A stretch of 63,979 nt of DNA, filler included, from Diploschistes diacapsis (lineage: Eukaryota): assembly GCA_023645945.1 (NCBI GenBank). It is 27 parts of 27 records of this genome, joined end to end, with 100 filler letters (N's around TTAATTAATTAA, not from the genome) between each part and the next. Parts side by side here need not be neighbours in the genome. Positions count along the whole stretch, not along the records: positions 11,371 to 33,237 come from JALAIB010000295.1; positions 33,338 to 34,859 come from JALAIB010002950.1; positions 34,960 to 36,481 come from JALAIB010002951.1; 24 more parts are not named here. One strand, 5' to 3'. How positions within the stretch are numbered: the first letter of the stretch is position 1; each line of letters begins with the position of its first letter. The translations under genes were made by a program, and so were the position numbers. Of the stretch, positions 24,216 through 36,481 are shown piece by piece. A model generated the notes under the pieces. That model did not search any database. It saw nothing but the letters and a program-made list of their open reading frames with translations, and was not told the DNA's origin.

Positions 24216-26146
24216 ATGACGATGGGTAACTTTTCTATACACCGACTTCCATATAGTGTTGACTTTAAGTAGTTCGTGTCTGCGTATGCGGCGACGAGGG
24301 TACAGGGAAATCTAGTCTGATCACCTCGCTTGTCAAAGATGCCTTCGTTACCTGCAAGATCCAATCCGTCCTCCCGCAGATTACGATCCCCCCAACCCTC
24401 GCTAGCCCGCGGAATATTACGACTACAATTGTCGATACCTCGGCAGCGCCACAGGAAAGAGAGAGCCTCAACAAAGAGATCAGGAAGTCGAACGTTATAC
24501 TGCTTGTCTATTCCGACCATTATAGCTATGAAAGGGTCGGCCTGTTTTGGTTGCCACATTTTAGGTCCCTCGGTGTTAACATCCCGGTTGTTCTTTGCGG
24601 TAACAAGTCGGACCTGCTACCAAAAACAACGGATTGGACCCTTCTGAACCAGGAAGAAGTGGCTCCGCTCATGGCCGAGTTTAAAGAAATTGATGCTGGT
24701 TTAAAAACTAGTGCTCGTGACCATCACAACATTAACGAGGCTTTCTTCATATGTCAGAAAGCAGTAACATACCCCATATCACCATTGTACGACTCTAAAG
24801 AAGGTAACCTAAAGCCGGCTGCCGTTTCCGCTTTCCGACGCATCTTCTATCTACTTGATAGGGACAAGGATCGATATCTGAGTGACGCAGAAATGCAGGC
24901 TTTTCAAACGAAGTGCTTTGGCAAAAGCCTTAGCGATGAGGATCTTGCATTTATCAAGCATTCGATCACAGCTATTTCGCCCAGCTCAGTGACGGATAAG
25001 GGTATTGATTCGAACGGGTTCGTCCTGCTGAATAGGTTTTACGTGGTAAAGGGACGCCATGAGACTGTTTGGATAATCCTCAGGAAGTTCCATTATTCCG
25101 ACAGCCTTAGCTTGAGCGATGGCTTCACCAGTCCCAAGTTTGACATCCCCGCCAATTCCTCGACAGAGCTGTCACCCGCGGGTTATCAATTCTTGTTCGA
25201 CCTCTTCCTTCTCTTTGATAAAGACAATGATGGTGGGCTAAATGATGCTGAGCTTTCCGCCTTGTTTGCGCCAACACCAGGCTTGCCATCCACATGGATT
25301 GAGTCTTCATTTCCAACCTGTACCTTGCGCAATGAGGCGGGTCACGTTACGCTTCAGGGTTGGCTAGCGCAATGGAGCATGACAACGTTCAAGGAGCCAA
25401 GGACGACTTTGGCATATCTTGCATATCTCGGATTTGAACCTGCTAATAGTCGTCTGACAACCACTGCCGCTCTGAAAACAACCAAGGCTAGAAAGCGTTC
25501 AAAACGTCCTGCAAAGGTAGATCGAAATGTGCTCCAAGCTTATATTGTCGGAGCTTCTGGCTGCGGCAAGTCCACCTTACTCGATGGTTTCCTCGCAAGA
25601 CCTTTCTCCTCGACCTATCATCCAACTATCAAGCCTCGCACGGCGGTCAATAGCGTGGAGCTTTCGGGCGGCAAGCAATGCTATTTGATTCTCGAAGAGC
25701 TTGGGGAGCTGGAACCAGCTGTTCTAGAAAACAAAGTCAAACTGGACTCTGCTGATCTCATGATTTATGCCTACGATTCAAGTGACCCTGACTCGTTTAC
25801 TCACGTCGTCGGCCAGCGAGAAAAACATCCTCATCTGGAAACCTTGCCCTCACTATTCCTTGCACTCAAGGCAGATAATGACAAGACCAACCAACGAACC
25901 ACTTTACAACCGGAAGAGTATGCCACTTCTGTGGGATTGAACAAGCCTCTGCACGTAAGCGTCACCTGGAGCACCATTTCCGACCTTTTTGTCCAGATTG
26001 CCGAAGTGGCTCTTCATCCGAACACAGCATATCTAAAGTCTGAGGAGGATAATGTCGACAGGACCAACTTGTACATTGCTCTTGGCGCGGCCGTTTGTGC
26101 TAGTGCGGCCTTTGTAGGGATTTGGCGACGACTGCTGGAGAAATGA
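24216..26146 (+). CDS. gem1: Mitochondrial Rho GTPase (Miro); exons 24216-24225 and 24273-26146
   Basis: Spliced start [20 protein letters not shown] (P-loop 1). EF hands [12 protein letters not shown] and [12 protein letters not shown]. Second P-loop GASGCGKS. C-terminal transmembrane anchor followed by WRR. Confidence 0.95.
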
Positions 26147-26488
26147 TTGTTTTTCTATATTGGGCGAGGCACGGGAGTTACATGGGACTGTTTGAGCACA
26201 TTGATACCCCTACATGAATGTAATTTGATTTGAAAAGAACCATACTACTTTTTGAACGGCCGAGGGGCGGGCCGCGTTGAGTGCCCGTTGTCTGGACCCT
26301 CCGTATTTGTCATGGGATCTGGCGCGAAGCTGTAGTGGTGGCGTCACAGTTCGCAAGATGAAATCATCTTGCTTCCAAATAGTATTCACCTTCATTTGGC
26401 TGTGCATTTCGTCTCTTTCGAAGATCTGGCTACTTCTCATACTCTGTCCGCCACTTCTTTAAGAACAGGAATAAAAAATAAATATTCG

Positions 26489-27201
26489 ATGCGCATCCCC
26501 TCCTTCCCTACTCTCCTTCGCACTTGGTATACCATCACCAACGCTACCTCCTCGAGCTTTTCGACTGCACCACGCTACAAACCAATCACATCTTTCTATC
26601 GAGCCGCAGCAGTCCGGTCTATGCCCACTATTCCGTTCCTAGGATCGTTCTTCAGCAGCAAGAGTAGCAATAATATGGAGTATCCATACAAGAAGAATGA
26701 CGATGAGTGGCAGGCCGTTCTAAACAAAGGTGAACCAACCTCGTCTTAGCCGCAGCTTCACATTACTAGTCAATGTCTTCACATTGTTCGCTTCTCTAGC
26801 TTCATAACTGATCTTTCCCAGAGCAATTCCGTATTCTCCGCGAAAAGGGCACCGAAGCCCCCGGCAGCGGCAGTTACGACAAGCACTACCCCAGCGAAGG
26901 CGTCTACTCATGCGCCGGGTGCGGCACGCCCCTCTACAAAGCTTCGCACAAGTTCAAGTCTGGCTGCGGCTGGCCCGCATACTTCGACTCCCTGCCGGGA
27001 GCTGTGACGAGGCACACGGATCGCACGTTTGGCATGGCGCGCACGGAGATTGTTTGCTCGAATTGCGGAGGGCATCTTGGACACGTGTTCAAGGGAGAGG
27101 GGTATCCGACACCAACGGACGAGAGGCATTGTGTGAATAGTGTTAGTTTGAAGTTCCATGACAGCGAGGACAAGGCAGAGACAGAGAGGGCGAAGGTTTG
27201 A
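26489..27201 (+). CDS. msrB: Peptide methionine-R-sulfoxide reductase MsrB; exons 26489-26729 and 26822-27201
   Basis: EW..VL..EQFRILREKGTE, CAGC, KFKSGCGWPAYF, RTEIVCSNCGGHLGHVFKGEG and RHCVNS. One GT-AG intron. Arg/Ser/Thr-rich N-terminal extension. Confidence 0.93.
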
Positions 27202-30039
27202 GGGACCTGTAGGCTATACGTGTCTGACAGGGGAGGCAGTCTGCACAACATCGCGGGAATGATTCATGGTAAAACGCCTGTCGTAAGAGAAGGAGGTGAA
27301 GTAGAGCCTATTGTTGAGCATCATGTTGTGTGTTGAATTTGTCCGATTCTCAATAGCCGAGTCGTCACCCTACGCTTTTCTGTTCAACCTTGTTTTTTCA
27401 TCGACCTTCACGTTGACTGGTGGCGCTCTTCTGTCCAACTAAACTTCCTGTCAAAGTATTTGGGAGAGTTTGCCTTGAGCTTTTATTGTTGCAGCATGCA
27501 AATCGCAGTCTTGTGCATACCTAGATTTTCTACAAGTTCTGCGCTTCTTTCCTAATCTATGCCCCTATGTTCTGAAGAGTCAGGTCGCGCCTTTCGTCTG
27601 TTCGACCCAGATTGCTGGAGTCTCCTCCGGTATTACTCTGGTCGTTCCTGATGATATTCAGCCTTTTAGGTTTTGAAATTGTTGCTAATGACGGTTGGGT
27701 AGAGAGGAGCGGTGATGGTGGAAATCAAACTCCCTAGATCACCTAGCGTTCTTCCCTGCAACGCTATCCTGTAATCGAATCTGCAATCTTTGGAAGCGTC
27801 TGAGGTTGCAAGAAGCATCTGATAAGCACATCCTTCTCACTAGAAACTCGTCATGGAGCAAAGTGCACAGAAACAAGACTCTGCCAAGCTGAATTTTCCA
27901 TCAAGAGGGCATTTCCGCGGCTTCACGGCAGGTAACTATCAAAGGCTCGAAGACAATCGAGCCCTTTCGTTATGCTACCATCGCTGAAGGGGTTGCCATT
28001 GTCGCTTGAAGCAGTTCTGACGTATCGCATGACAGGCCTCGAAGGTAAGTATCTTCTCGTTCATCCTAGTGCTCAGGTAGCGGAAGTGAAGCGATGTTCT
28101 GTGTGTGCCTTCTTTCGAGACAAAGTTGACTTGGCGGGTGTACAGTGTTGGGTCGGTGCTACTGCATCAAATAAACCAAATGAACTTCGCCCTTAAAAGC
28201 TCTCCCTAAGTCAGTACAATGCCGCTGTACCGGGGAGAGGTGTGTCATTTGGCAATAAGAAAACCATATAAGTTATGCCCCTTTCTGAAGTTGTTTTACG
28301 GCTGCCCAAGTGGCTTCGATGTAATAGGCAGACCTACGTCTCATTTCATGTTAGCGTAACCAGCAAACAACAGCAGCGTCATTGTGTCGCCATCTCTGCA
28401 TGCTTTCATTGTGCATGCTATCAACCTACAGCAGGTAACAACCGTTTGCCTACTGCCACCTCTTCTCTATGATTCTTCGCTTGTTTTGCTGGTCTCTAGT
28501 ACTCTAATCAAGCTACATAGTATCTCTTGCAAGCCACACGAACTAAAGAAAGCTACCAGCGAGGCAATTCCGCATTTTCATCACATTCCCTCAAGTCTCC
28601 CACAATTTCTCAATCCCTCCAGGAAATAGGGATCGAGTATCGGAAAAGGAATTACGGCGCCCTTTGTACCTACCCAGTGGCTGGCTTCTGCGTAGGCTAC
28701 CCTCAACAGGCCCGCGAGCCAGATCTAACGCTTCGGAACCCCTTCGCTCCGCCTTTGTCTTCTCTTCAACATCCTCCGTCACAGTCTCTGACGCCATTCA
28801 CCGGCCCTTTTAGACAGACACCGGCAGCACTGGACCGCACTGGACCGCGCTACCCGGACTATCCGGCGCACCCTTCACCGGCTCTTGAAAAAGCACCTCT
28901 AGGGTCTCTGTCGGCTCCCACGGCCGCTGGATGTACCTTATGTTGCGTCGTTGTCGTTGCTGAATACCGAGTCCAGTAGAGTGCAAAAAGAAGAGTGTCT
29001 GGCGAACTTGCACGTGGATGGATGTGTGATTGCACAGCGCGTTCTGAGAGAGCCGGGGGCGGTGGACACCCAGCGCAAGTAGCTCAGGCTAGTTGGAAAC
29101 GATGTTGGGATTGCTATCACCTTGGCGGCTGGGTTATGAGGTGGTAAACGAGCCGCGAGAATGCGCTGCGAAGGAGGTCCGATGAAGTGTCCCAGTGGGG
29201 GTGAATTGATATAGGTTTTCTGGGGTTGATCAGATACTTTCTTAGAGCCCGACGGTGAAAAGGAGCTGGTGGTACCTTATTATAGGGCTTCTTGCGGATA
29301 CGAAGAAAAAGCTCAGGCAGAGGTTTAAGAGGAAAGAGGGACACATCAATCACTAGAGTATGATTGTTTAGGTGTTAAAGTCGAAGCTTGTTTCGTCGCC
29401 TCATGAATACAATGTTCTATATTTGAGACAAAAGTACAATCATGCTTGCGACACAAGAAGCAGGAGTCAACACTTATGACAATCCATACGAAACCTGAAA
29501 ATATTCCAAAAGTCCCAGCTACACGTTCATCTCGCCAACCTCTTTCATATAATTTCCATCAAATCCATTCCTGAAGAGGTTTAATTAGAGCTGTAAATGA
29601 CACTCTAGTATGTGTTAGTATGAAAAAGCAGCATATAGTGCTGATTACCATTTCTCTAAGCGCAGCACCAGACGTTTGAAGTATTATAGAAAAGTTGATG
29701 CTAGTTCCTTTATCTCTATGAATTAGAATCCTTTGTTCCCAGGCATATGGTCATACCCTTTTTCGAATATTCGGCATGTTGACTCATATCTCAACTTCTT
29801 TGAGTCCTCCTAATCGCAGTAAACCACCTCATTTCTGGTCAGCATCTAGATAAAAGCCGGGTACCTCATGTCTATATCTTCATTTGTGTCCTCGTGACCT
29901 CTTGTGTCATTTCCATCAAACTCACGGTTATAGAACTAGCGCCAAATCCCTATAGAGCATCGACGAGGTTGAAGTTCTATAATCCGCTTTAAAGGTTCAA
30001 ATACCCATCATATTCTGAGTAAAGTCATGGGCTGAAACA

Positions 30040-31450
30040 TAAGTCAGACCTCAGATAGTTACTGGACGTGAAGCTGCTTCTCCCGAAACCGATTAATCAT
30101 TTTGACCAGAACACGGCGATACTTTCCCTATATAGTGTTGATTCGACCGACCCACCTTCTTTAAGTTATAGTCCTATCTTCTTCACTTACACCGAAGCCC
30201 GGAATGATAAGACGTTGGGCGGTAAAGGCCACTTTGGGTTATCCCTTGACCCAAAACCCCAAAACGAGCCATCCGCTCAAATCTATTCTTTTCAAATATG
30301 AATAATGGACATATATCCCTTTTGAAAACCCTCTCCAGACGCTTCAACACGATATAGTAGTCCCTCCTAGGCGCCCATAATACAGGACTACTACACTCCT
30401 ATTCCTATAAATGTTATTTTTGGGTTGATGCAATAAAAAGGATTCGGGCGCTATGGAGGAATGTATCAGTCTCTGGAGGAAACCACTATCCATAATCTAC
30501 ACCTTCGAAGCCTGATCTTCCAAATGTGGGCCACAAAGACCTGAACTTCAGGCTTCCTATTTTTGATCACTGCGAGTGAAGCAGCTCAGATCTTTTCTGG
30601 ACAACATTTATTGCGTTGAACACTTCTCAGAGCAACAAACCGAAGCTTCTCTGTGTAACATTCGGGCAATAAATATCCTCAATATGCATCTTAAGTATTT
30701 TTCTTAGCATCATGACGCAACAGAGTAATCCGATCGACATGCATCGATCTGCATCTCAAATTCTTCAGGCCACGGCACTCTAGACAGGCGAAGCTTCCGT
30801 GGGTAACTTCAAAACAGTAAGTATTCTATCCCTCGGCTTGGTAATCGTAACATAATGCTGCTGTAGAAGGCCAAGGGCTGTCACCAACGCAAAGAACTCT
30901 ATCTCCTATCTCTTGACCAAGTTGATCCAGGTTTATGCATGTCTGTATGGTGGATCGGGGAATTTTTGCTGACACACGGCAAGTTAAGCAATTGAATTTG
31001 AAAGGTCTATGCTTATAATGTGTCATTACTCCCTTCAGTCATTTGCTTCTATGATATCAAGATTGACCTCAGTACCTCTGAAGCTTGAACCAGGGTCTAA
31101 CTAAGTTCAAGCCATGGATAGAGGAGACCGGTAATCCAGAACGTCAGAAGTCTCCTTTCCTGGCTCCACAGATTTGATGTCTCAAATATCATCCACTTTA
31201 AGACAACACGCGGCAGACAGCCACCGAGCCAGTATCCCAAACGGTACCAACTTGATGGTTAGTTGCTCTTTTAGGAGTATACGAGAGCTTTTCGACTGCC
31301 CTGGGAGCGGCTTCGAAGATTAGCCTTTAACTTGGGGATCACGAAACTTGGTCCAGAAAGGAAAAAAGGAAGAGAAAGACCTTTTAGACTCTTGGTAGGC
31401 GAAGATCCGGGTAGCGGGCAGTTCAAACATAGAGAACGATGGAGGTCTAT
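30040..31450 (+). pseudogene. Probable decayed HET-domain (HET-6-like) gene
   Basis: Scattered motif remnants in the expected order across frames: LFWVDAI (30415), ATE*SDR (about 30717), LLSWLHRF (31152), KLGPE (about 31343) and FRLLVGE (31383). Many stops and frameshifts. Confidence 0.35.
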
Positions 31451-32552
31451 GCTGTCTGTCCCTTCATGGATAAAGCCCTATTATCGATTACCCAAGGGTC
31501 TTTCATACTGTGTGCAAGGTAATACTGTGTCTCAGTTAGCAAATGGTGTTAATCTTCGATAATTCAGCCGATCATAGACCCCCGACTGCTCCTAAAGATT
31601 ATTCTTATTTTCTTTCCTTGTCTTTCCTTTTGTGCTTCGTAGTGGAAAATAGAGACCCTTCCTTGCTCTGGCTCTCCTATCTATAAGCTTTGAAAGTACT
31701 TAACGTTGGTACTAGCGCTCATTCCGCAGAAGTGATTCTATGCCTTAACTTCAGCTTGTATTGTGAAAAGATTAATACTGCTTCGTATAGAACAACAGGA
31801 TGTGTTATTAATATCCTAAGATCCCTTTCTTCTTTTTTTACACGCACGATAATCTCCGGCTGGGTGGTGTCGAGAGCCTCAGTCTTCAGTGCCGTAAATC
31901 ATTGTTTCCCCTCTGAACCACAAAGAACCGCAGAGTTCCGGTAGAGATTTGCTTATTCGCAGCCTTTTATTGACAACACCGCAGAGAGAAGAGAGCCCGT
32001 CCGGCCGCAATAGTTCCATAGGTCCGGCGAAAGCATGTTCTAAAATCCAGTGCCTCTGTAGGGTAGAGCAGAGAAGTCAAAAAGGAGCTTTCGGATTCTC
32101 TTCGTATTCTGTTTAGCTTAAATAATCTAGTCTCAGTCAGCTCTGCTTCACTGACTTCTCTGTCTTGTGTTCTAATGTTCCTATTCATAGTTCAACTGCT
32201 ATCAAGAACAGCAGCGAGCATTGCGAAAGGTTATTTATAGCCTATGGTAGATTGCCGTTTGTTCTTATTAGGCACATCAAGAAGCTTCTGGGGCTTTCAT
32301 CAAGGATTGCCGGTTTCCGGTTGACCAAGTCGTTTGGGATAATTCCCGGAATCGCGGTGGCGAATGGTTATTCCCGATTTCTATTTGGGACGCATCTTAT
32401 TCACGACGAGGAACGAGGCCTCGGAAATTTCTAGGGAGGAGTACTAAGCCAGAGTGATTTGAAACTCCGTCCAACTTCAGGAGTAATGGAATGAATATTG
32501 TCTAAACGGATTTGATTTAAATTTAAATAAACGTGTTCCGTATTAACGGTAT

Positions 32553-32820
32553 AATATCATATGTCGGCAAAGAGCCTCCAAGTTCCTGAGCGAAGCAGTA
32601 AGTATTAAATAAAAAATCCAGGCTCAAAAAACTGGGTGGGTTTATTGGGGGTTGCACCCCCAAGCCCCTACTTTTTTTTATTTGTGGGGATTGCATCCCC
32701 AAACCCCTGCACCATAATTAAAGCTTAAAAAACCATGTAAGTTTATTAGGAATTGCACCCCCAAACCCCTGCTTTTTTTTATTTGTGGGAATTGCATCCT
32801 GACACCCCTGCTTGTGTTCA
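32553..32820 (-). mobile_element. Unclassified hairpin-rich element end (second copy at 51155-51335)
   Basis: CCTCCAAGTTCCT(G/A)AGCGAAG and repeated GGGG(A/G)TTGCA(C/T)CCCC hairpins, shared in reverse with 51155-51335. Confidence 0.6.
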
Positions 32821-32827
32821 GCTAAAC

Positions 32828-33237
32828 TAGGCTGGCCGTCACTAACACTGACACGGCCGTGTCAGTGACACGGATACTGACAGTATCAGTGTCCGTGTTT
32901 TAGATTTTTTAGCTGCGGTGTCCGTGTCCGTGGATTCACGAAAATGTAATGTCCGTATTAATATTAATATTTTAAAATTTTTAATTATAATATCCGTGTC
33001 CGTGCTTTTATTATAATATAATATTCGTGTTAGTGTCCGTATCGAAAAATTTTTTATTATGATATCCGTGTCCGTGCATTTATCGAAATATTTTAAATTA
33101 TTTTTTTAATTTTAATAATTTTAAAATTATTACGTTTATTTCTTATGCTTTTATTTTTTTAAAAAAATTTTATTATAATATTTTGATAAATTTATTATAA
33201 TATTTCGATAAATTTACGGAAATATAATATTTATATT
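32828..33237 (-). mobile_element. hAT-type MITE family B, partial
   Basis: TAGGCTGGCCGTCAC terminus with CCGTGT subrepeats. Confidence 0.75.
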
Positions 33238-33643
33238 NNNNNNNNNNNNNNNNNNNNNNNNNNNNNNNNNNNNNNNNNNNNTTAATTAATTAANNNNNNN
33301 NNNNNNNNNNNNNNNNNNNNNNNNNNNNNNNNNNNNNGTCGTAGATCTATTATTATCACGCTTAATAGTGTTTTATCGCGATAGATAAGACTAGATTTAG
33401 CACTTTAGCTATAGCTATAATTAAATACCTGATTAAATCGAGGGTTTTAATTGATCGATTTTTTATTTATTCGTAAGAGGTTTTCGTCGTTTCTAAATGT
33501 CGTAGATCTTTATTTTTATAAACGCGCTAGCTCGCGTAGGCAGTATTAAATAAGATTAAGTCTAGATTTTTACGTAAATAGATAAATAAGCTGAATACTT
33601 CAGGTCCTAAGCCGAGGAGATAGGCCTGAAGGACCTTTTCGAA

Positions 33644-33856
33644 TGTAGAACGCCTCTATAAGAATATTACACAATTAGGGGCTGAGCCTGATCTAAAAGG
33701 ATCACGTGTAGCTGCAATCTATAGGCTAAATGGTTCAGATTCGAAAAGGTGAAGAACTAACTAGGTGGGCAGTAGCGAGGTATAAATACCTCCCAGGTCA
33801 GCCCTACTGCCCTACGGGGTTCAACCTTTGAACCCACAAACGTTCAGGATGTTCCA
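33644..33856 (+). mobile_element. LTR family 3 (solo-like)
   Basis: TG...CA bounded, with a TATAAATA box. Related copies at 37149-37364, 39825-39939 and 46642-46816. Confidence 0.6.
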
Positions 33857-33978
33857 AAAAAATAACTACGATCGAATAGATTTTAATTACTAGCGAGATA
33901 TTACCGCTTATAATCATTTTTAAAACATTATATATCAATATTAGTTAAATTCTAGCCGAAACGTTTCGAAATTAACTA

Positions 33979-34409
33979 ACGTGTTTGACGGTCATCTCGG
34001 CCACTCCCCCATCTCGGCCATTTTTGCCAAGAAATATTTTAAATCTTTAATTACTCTTCGAGTTTAATCGTTATTTTTGATTTTTTTTTCGAAACATTAC
34101 CATTAGCTCAATCATCTATCATACTCGAAAAGTGCATATTGATTATGTCAACAGTTATTTTTTTTTAAAGCGAATTGAAAATAACGACTCGAAAACACGT
34201 ATTATTTTATCTTTCAAAATCGCTCATAGAGCAGCCAAGAATATTTTTTTAAATATATCATTATAAGCAGTTTCATGCGTAGATTTCAATAAAAATGTGA
34301 AGTAAACGTTTTTTGGACATTATATGGTCGTTATGTGGTCTTATTTTTTGAAATCAGTAGATTTAAAGAATTTTGGTAGGCGACGGCTAAGTTTTCGTTT
34401 AGTCTAAAA
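33979..34409. mobile_element. Foldback MITE family A, left half, interrupted by an LTR
   Basis: TA|ACGTGTTTGACGG TIR. Collinear with 1-308 until the LTR insertion at 34410. Confidence 0.75.
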
Positions 34410-34859
34410 TGTTACGATCCAAGTACCAGACTTAGCACGTCCCAGCTTTGTTATATATAGATCAATCACGGGACCAGGGGTCACGTGATGCGCTCATTGC
34501 TCGCGTTCATTCTCGTGAACGGCGAGCGGGTTTTCGTTACCGCTCGATAATCGCGTTTATTTTTATAAACGACGAATCTCGAAAATACCGCTCGCTAAAC
34601 TTACGATAAACGGTAAGCAAGTTAATTATATATAAACACGATTTTATTTTCGTGAAAAAGAACGTGTTTATTTTTATAAATATCTTTAATCGTTATTCAG
34701 GATTAATTTATATTCGTTATTTTTATTATCTTAAAACTTTTTTTCTAAAAATAATTTAAAATTTATAACTATTTTATTTTCTTTTTTTGCCACATTCCTC
34801 TTTTAATAGAAACTAAACCCATTTTGATCTTACTCGTGTATACCTTATATAGATAGAGA
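34410..34859 (+). mobile_element. Gypsy LTR family 1 (3' tip cut by contig end)
   Basis: TGTTACGATCCAAGTACCAGAC start. Collinear with 3853-4300. Confidence 0.8.
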
Positions 34860-34959
34860 NNNNNNNNNNNNNNNNNNNNNNNNNNNNNNNNNNNNNNNNN
34901 NNNTTAATTAATTAANNNNNNNNNNNNNNNNNNNNNNNNNNNNNNNNNNNNNNNNNNNN

Positions 34960-36021
34960 CTAATCTATCGCTGTTAAAATATTTTCCTTAATAATTTTAT
35001 TTCTTGATTTATAATTTCGAGCGAAGTAACTTATTTTACCACATTCGAAGCACTTTTTTCTTTTATTAAAGGTCTCCCGTTAGGTCCTTTAGCTCCTTTC
35101 TTTTAATTAAGTCGGGGTTTATTAATTAAAATATCGAGATCTATAGCGTCGTTATTTATATATTTTATATTTTATGTATTTTTTATATAATTAGTGCGGT
35201 AGCGAAGTTCTAATTTAATAGTTTTATTTCGATTAAAACGACGTTCCTATTTTCGATTAAATAATCGGTCGTTTATAATTATTATTTTAGCTTGAAGGGC
35301 CGATAAACTCCGAAGTTAATTTTAATTACGTATAAATTCATTTTTAATTAAATTTTTGAATTTATTCTTATACATTTTTATTAATGCTTTTTTATTTTAT
35401 TTAATTAATCTAGCGTATTCTTAGAATTTCGCCGTGTATTTTAAAGCCGATCTTCTTTAGTTAACTATTTTGATAATTCGGATCGTATATTCTTTATCGT
35501 TAATTATCTCGAAGGCTAATCGGACTTATTTTTTAAATCTCGTGAAGTTTTTAAACATTCCGTAACTATTTTTTTAATTTTTTAAATATACGTCGAGATA
35601 AAGTTTTATTTATATTAATACGCGGTTACGTATAAATCTTACGGCGAAGATTATTCGTTTCTTTTAATCGTTTATAATATACTGATTTTAATAGAAGTAT
35701 ATTAAGAATTAAAGTATTTAATATTTTAATTTCTTTTTATTTCCGTAAAACGTTATTGATTTTATAATATTTATAATAAATTTTCTATTCGATTTATTTT
35801 CGTTAGGTTTATCTTTACTTCCGGGATCGTCGCTTCTAGCTTCCGCGGTATCCGTCATTAAGACATCGGTTTCACCTGGTGGCGTTGCTGCCCTAGGTAC
35901 GCGAGGTGCGGATCTAGCCATCGGTGGCGATCGCCCGGTTATACTGCCTATGACACTCATTCTCAAAGGTGTTCAAGTGTTATGATCTCGTGTCTACATT
36001 GTAGAGATAGAGATCATAACA
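34960..36021 (-). mobile_element. Gypsy gag (RIP-degraded) preceded by a 44-bp palindromic LTR remnant
   Basis: Minus strand reads MSVIGSITGRSPPMARSAPR..., followed by a degraded retrotransposon-gag motif. Homologous to 4310-4776. Confidence 0.7.
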
Positions 36022-36481
36022 GTCCGATCCAACGCTAACTTATACGTCTTCATTTTACGAAATCGAAAGCTATTGGTTGACCTTTACGTGAACGACATTA
36101 TTATAGCAACACCGGACCTACATAATGTATGCTAATTTAAGAAAGCACTGGCTGAACGCTACAAGGTCAAGGACCTGAAGGAAATAAAAAAGCTCTTAGA
36201 AATAAGAATTCAGCGATAACGTAATTCAGGTTTAGTAGATTCAACTAAACTGACCCTAGATTAAAAAACATACGTCGAGAAGATGCTCCAGCGTTTCAAA
36301 ATGATAACGGATACATATAAGGGCCAGAAAATACCGCTTAATAGATACGACGGTATTAAACCAGATAAAGAATCTTTCGAAATAACTAATAAAATATAAT
36401 ATTAAAAGATTATTAATAATATCATATATTTGGCGGTTTATACGAAATTAGATATTATATTTATTATTAAAAAATTAAGTT
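36022..36481 (+). mobile_element. Copia reverse transcriptase fragment (RIP-degraded)
   Basis: LLVDLYVNDIIIA (YVDD mutated to YVND) and FKKALAERYKVKDLKEIKKLLEIRI (KDLGE...LG motif). Confidence 0.85.

Noticed and set aside
27972..29353. Cluster of 60-150 aa ORFs
   Set aside because: No recognisable domains, consistent splice model or codon bias.
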